Assembly: GCA_016201795.1 (NCBI GenBank)
Contig: JACQCF010000020.1
Coordinates: 5,651-69,650, forward strand
Reading direction: 5' to 3'
DNA length: 64,000 nt
Source: Candidatus Omnitrophota bacterium
GTDB lineage: Bacteria > Omnitrophota > Gorgyraeia > Zapsychrales > Fredricksoniimonadaceae
Shown here piece by piece: positions 62,252 through 64,000 of the stretch (positions within the stretch are counted from its first letter, which is position 1; each line of letters begins with the position of its first letter). Under the pieces are notes generated by a model. That model ran no database searches, was not told where the DNA came from, and saw nothing but the letters and a program-made list of their open reading frames with translations. The position numbers and the translations under genes are program-made.

Positions 62252-63998
62252 TCTGCGTTCGGCCTGTTAAATCGCTAGCAGAGGTAAGCGGTTTAAAGTG
62301 TTGTAATCCCACCCCATCAAAAAAGAATAATTTCACCAAAAGTGAATTGGCCAAGCTTCTGTCCATTAAACGGGCCATCATTCGGCCGTCTTGAGAGTAT
62401 AAAACAACGGCATATTTTAAGTTAGCCTGCGGATTGGTTTTCTCGAGAATCTGTCCGTTATTAAGATAAACGACACTGGCCAGTATACCATGGCCGTAAA
62501 GAGGAGAGTTGATGGCTGCCTGCATGGTCGATGGATTGATGAAGAGATTTTCGTTAAAAAATAAAATTTTATCATTTTGAGCAAGCAATGCCAGGGGTGG
62601 ACTGTAATGGGTTTGGCCACCGGCTAAATCCCACAGGAAGTCAAGGTAGGCGGCGCTGTTGCGTGCGGGTACAGAAGCCAACAGCGACGGATTATCATTG
62701 AGCATTTCCATCCGCTGGATATTCCAGCGCCCCATGAAAGCCAGTCCTAAATTTTCATCCACCAGCTCATTGTACAAAAGCACATAGCTATGCGGGAATC
62801 CGCCGCGGATGAGCGCAAGCAGGGTTTGGACATCCTCGTCATTGTGAAAGACAGCTTGAAGCAACCCCCGCGCTTCCTGGTTAGTTTTGGAGGCTATCGT
62901 TGAAAGCAAAGCCACGGCCCGGGATGTTTTAAGACCTTTGGCTGTTAGAAAGTCCACCGCCTTATTGCCGCTTACATTGATCATACGCAGCAAACCCGCT
63001 GCCTGATCTTCATCGGTGCTTAAAAGAATATTAGCCATCCAATAGCCGGTGGCGCTTTCGTTTAAAGAGGCCCCGTCGAACATCACCCGTCGATGTGCGA
63101 TGGCTTTAATGAAATGTCCCGGCGGCCACCAGGTGTTGACAATACTGTCCGGGGGAGTTTTATTTTTGATATCCACCAGAGCTTTTTCCCAGGCGGAATT
63201 GAAAATGGGGGTTAAAACCACCCGTATGTTGTGCCCCGCATTGATCAAAACAAACAATGTCAGAAGAATAACGGCACCGGCGCCAAGCCAGGGGATTTTC
63301 CGTGATGACAGCCATTGAACAAGGGTTTCAAGACCCAGCGCTAGAAATAAAGACAGCCCGATCAAGGCAAAGATTACAAAACGCTCGGCGGAAATTGTTA
63401 AGAGGGCAGATATCGCAAAAAATAGGCTAAGAGCAAGGACTTTAAGAGTGTGATGGACGGGGCGATTTTTTAGTGCCTGATATATCGTATACAGAAAACT
63501 GATCATAGCCGCGGATAAGAAAAAAAGCCCTCCGCTATCGGATATAACATCTTGCATTGAAGATTTTTTAAGCTCACCGACTTCCATAAATAAATTCGGC
63601 CACAGGCTAAGTCCTTGAACGGTGAATTTTTGTAGTTGCTCTAACCCTTCTTTTAACAGGGGTAGAAAATCGTTGAAACCAAACAACAGACCGATACCTA
63701 AAATGGTTGTGCCGACGATAGCGGCCCCTAGAAGGGTATAGTAGCGTGCAGATAAGATATTTTTGTGTAGAAAAGAATAAACACCACCAGCCCCCAGAAT
63801 AACCAGGGCTGTGGCCAGCATAAAACCCCAGCCTGGCCAGATAGCGGCAAAGGCGGTAAGAACCAGAGCTAAGACAACAGCGTAACCCCAAAGATTCTCT
63901 CGATGAGAATCGCCGATCGCTTTCAACAGAACAGTCAAAACAAGAAGACAAAACAGAAGATTATAAGGATCCGTATCGTACCAGCCTAAAGAAGATCT
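62211..63998 (-). CDS. STT3/PglB/AglB-family oligosaccharyltransferase, 5' end outside the window
   Basis: Frame is open to the window edge and reads RSSLGWYDTD (PglB R..GYYDTD); multiple TMs; EVGE (TIxE/SVSE equivalent); AERF; WWPPGHF..IAHR...DG at the WWDYG position. Confidence 0.85.
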   Translation of the reverse strand, partial: RSSLGWYDTDPYNLLFCLLVLTVLLKAIGDSHRENLWGYAVVLALVLTAFAAIWPGWGFMLATALVILGAGGVYSFLHKNILSARYYTLLGAAIVGTTILGIGLLFGFNDFLPLLKEGLEQLQKFTVQGLSLWPNLFMEVGELKKSSMQDVISDSGGLFFLSAAMISFLYTIYQALKNRPVHHTLKVLALSLFFAISALLTISAERFVIFALIGLSLFLALGLETLVQWLSSRKIPWLGAGAVILLTLFVLINAGHNIRVVLTPIFNSAWEKALVDIKNKTPPDSIVNTWWPPGHFIKAIAHRRVMFDGASLNESATGYWMANILLSTDEDQAAGLLRMINVSGNKAVDFLTAKGLKTSRAVALLSTIASKTNQEARGLLQAVFHNDEDVQTLLALIRGGFPHSYVLLYNELVDENLGLAFMGRWNIQRMEMLNDNPSLLASVPARNSAAYLDFLWDLAGGQTHYSPPLALLAQNDKILFFNENLFINPSTMQAAINSPLYGHGILASVVYLNNGQILEKTNPQANLKYAVVLYSQDGRMMARLMDRSLANSLLVKLFFFDGVGLQHFKPLTSASDLTGRTQIKVFELKGYSHLK

Positions 63999-64000
63999 TT

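Overview
A nearly all plus-strand bacterial chromosomal window, most likely from Candidatus Omnitrophota (OP3, PVC-related). That assignment is an inference from protein style, chiefly the N-terminal domain of the 1491-aa protein. 1-9.6 kb is housekeeping: ribD, ribE, DUF503, tRNA-Pro, acylphosphatase, ligA, xerD, a short CCA-type nucleotidyltransferase, rbfA, nrnA, truB, ribF. 9.8-14.3 kb is a stand-alone, signal-peptide-bearing 1491-aa protein whose interior holds a divergent GlpX-type fructose-1,6-bisphosphatase followed by a class I fructose-bisphosphate aldolase. 14.4-30.4 kb is the dcw cluster from mraZ to ftsA, with an inserted HExxH peptidase and with no murB and no ftsZ. 30.9-38.4 kb holds tRNA-Arg(UCG), the glycine cleavage system, a lipoate ligase and glycosyltransferases. 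38.4-62.3 kb is a type II secretion/type IV pilus-like locus. Between its secretin and its GspE ATPase sit two FGE/C-type-lectin-fold secreted proteins, a fibre-like protein with 32 [IV]NW repeats, and a scrambled F-type ATPase module (alpha, epsilon, c, c', b-delta, gamma, beta) that lacks subunit a. The window ends in a convergent STT3/PglB oligosaccharyltransferase with WWPPG in place of WWDYG. Several families of short palindromic repeats occur between genes, and at least one sits in-frame inside a gene (ribF). The strongest candidates for new biology are the rotary-ATPase/T2SS hybrid locus and the exported FBPase-aldolase carrier protein.
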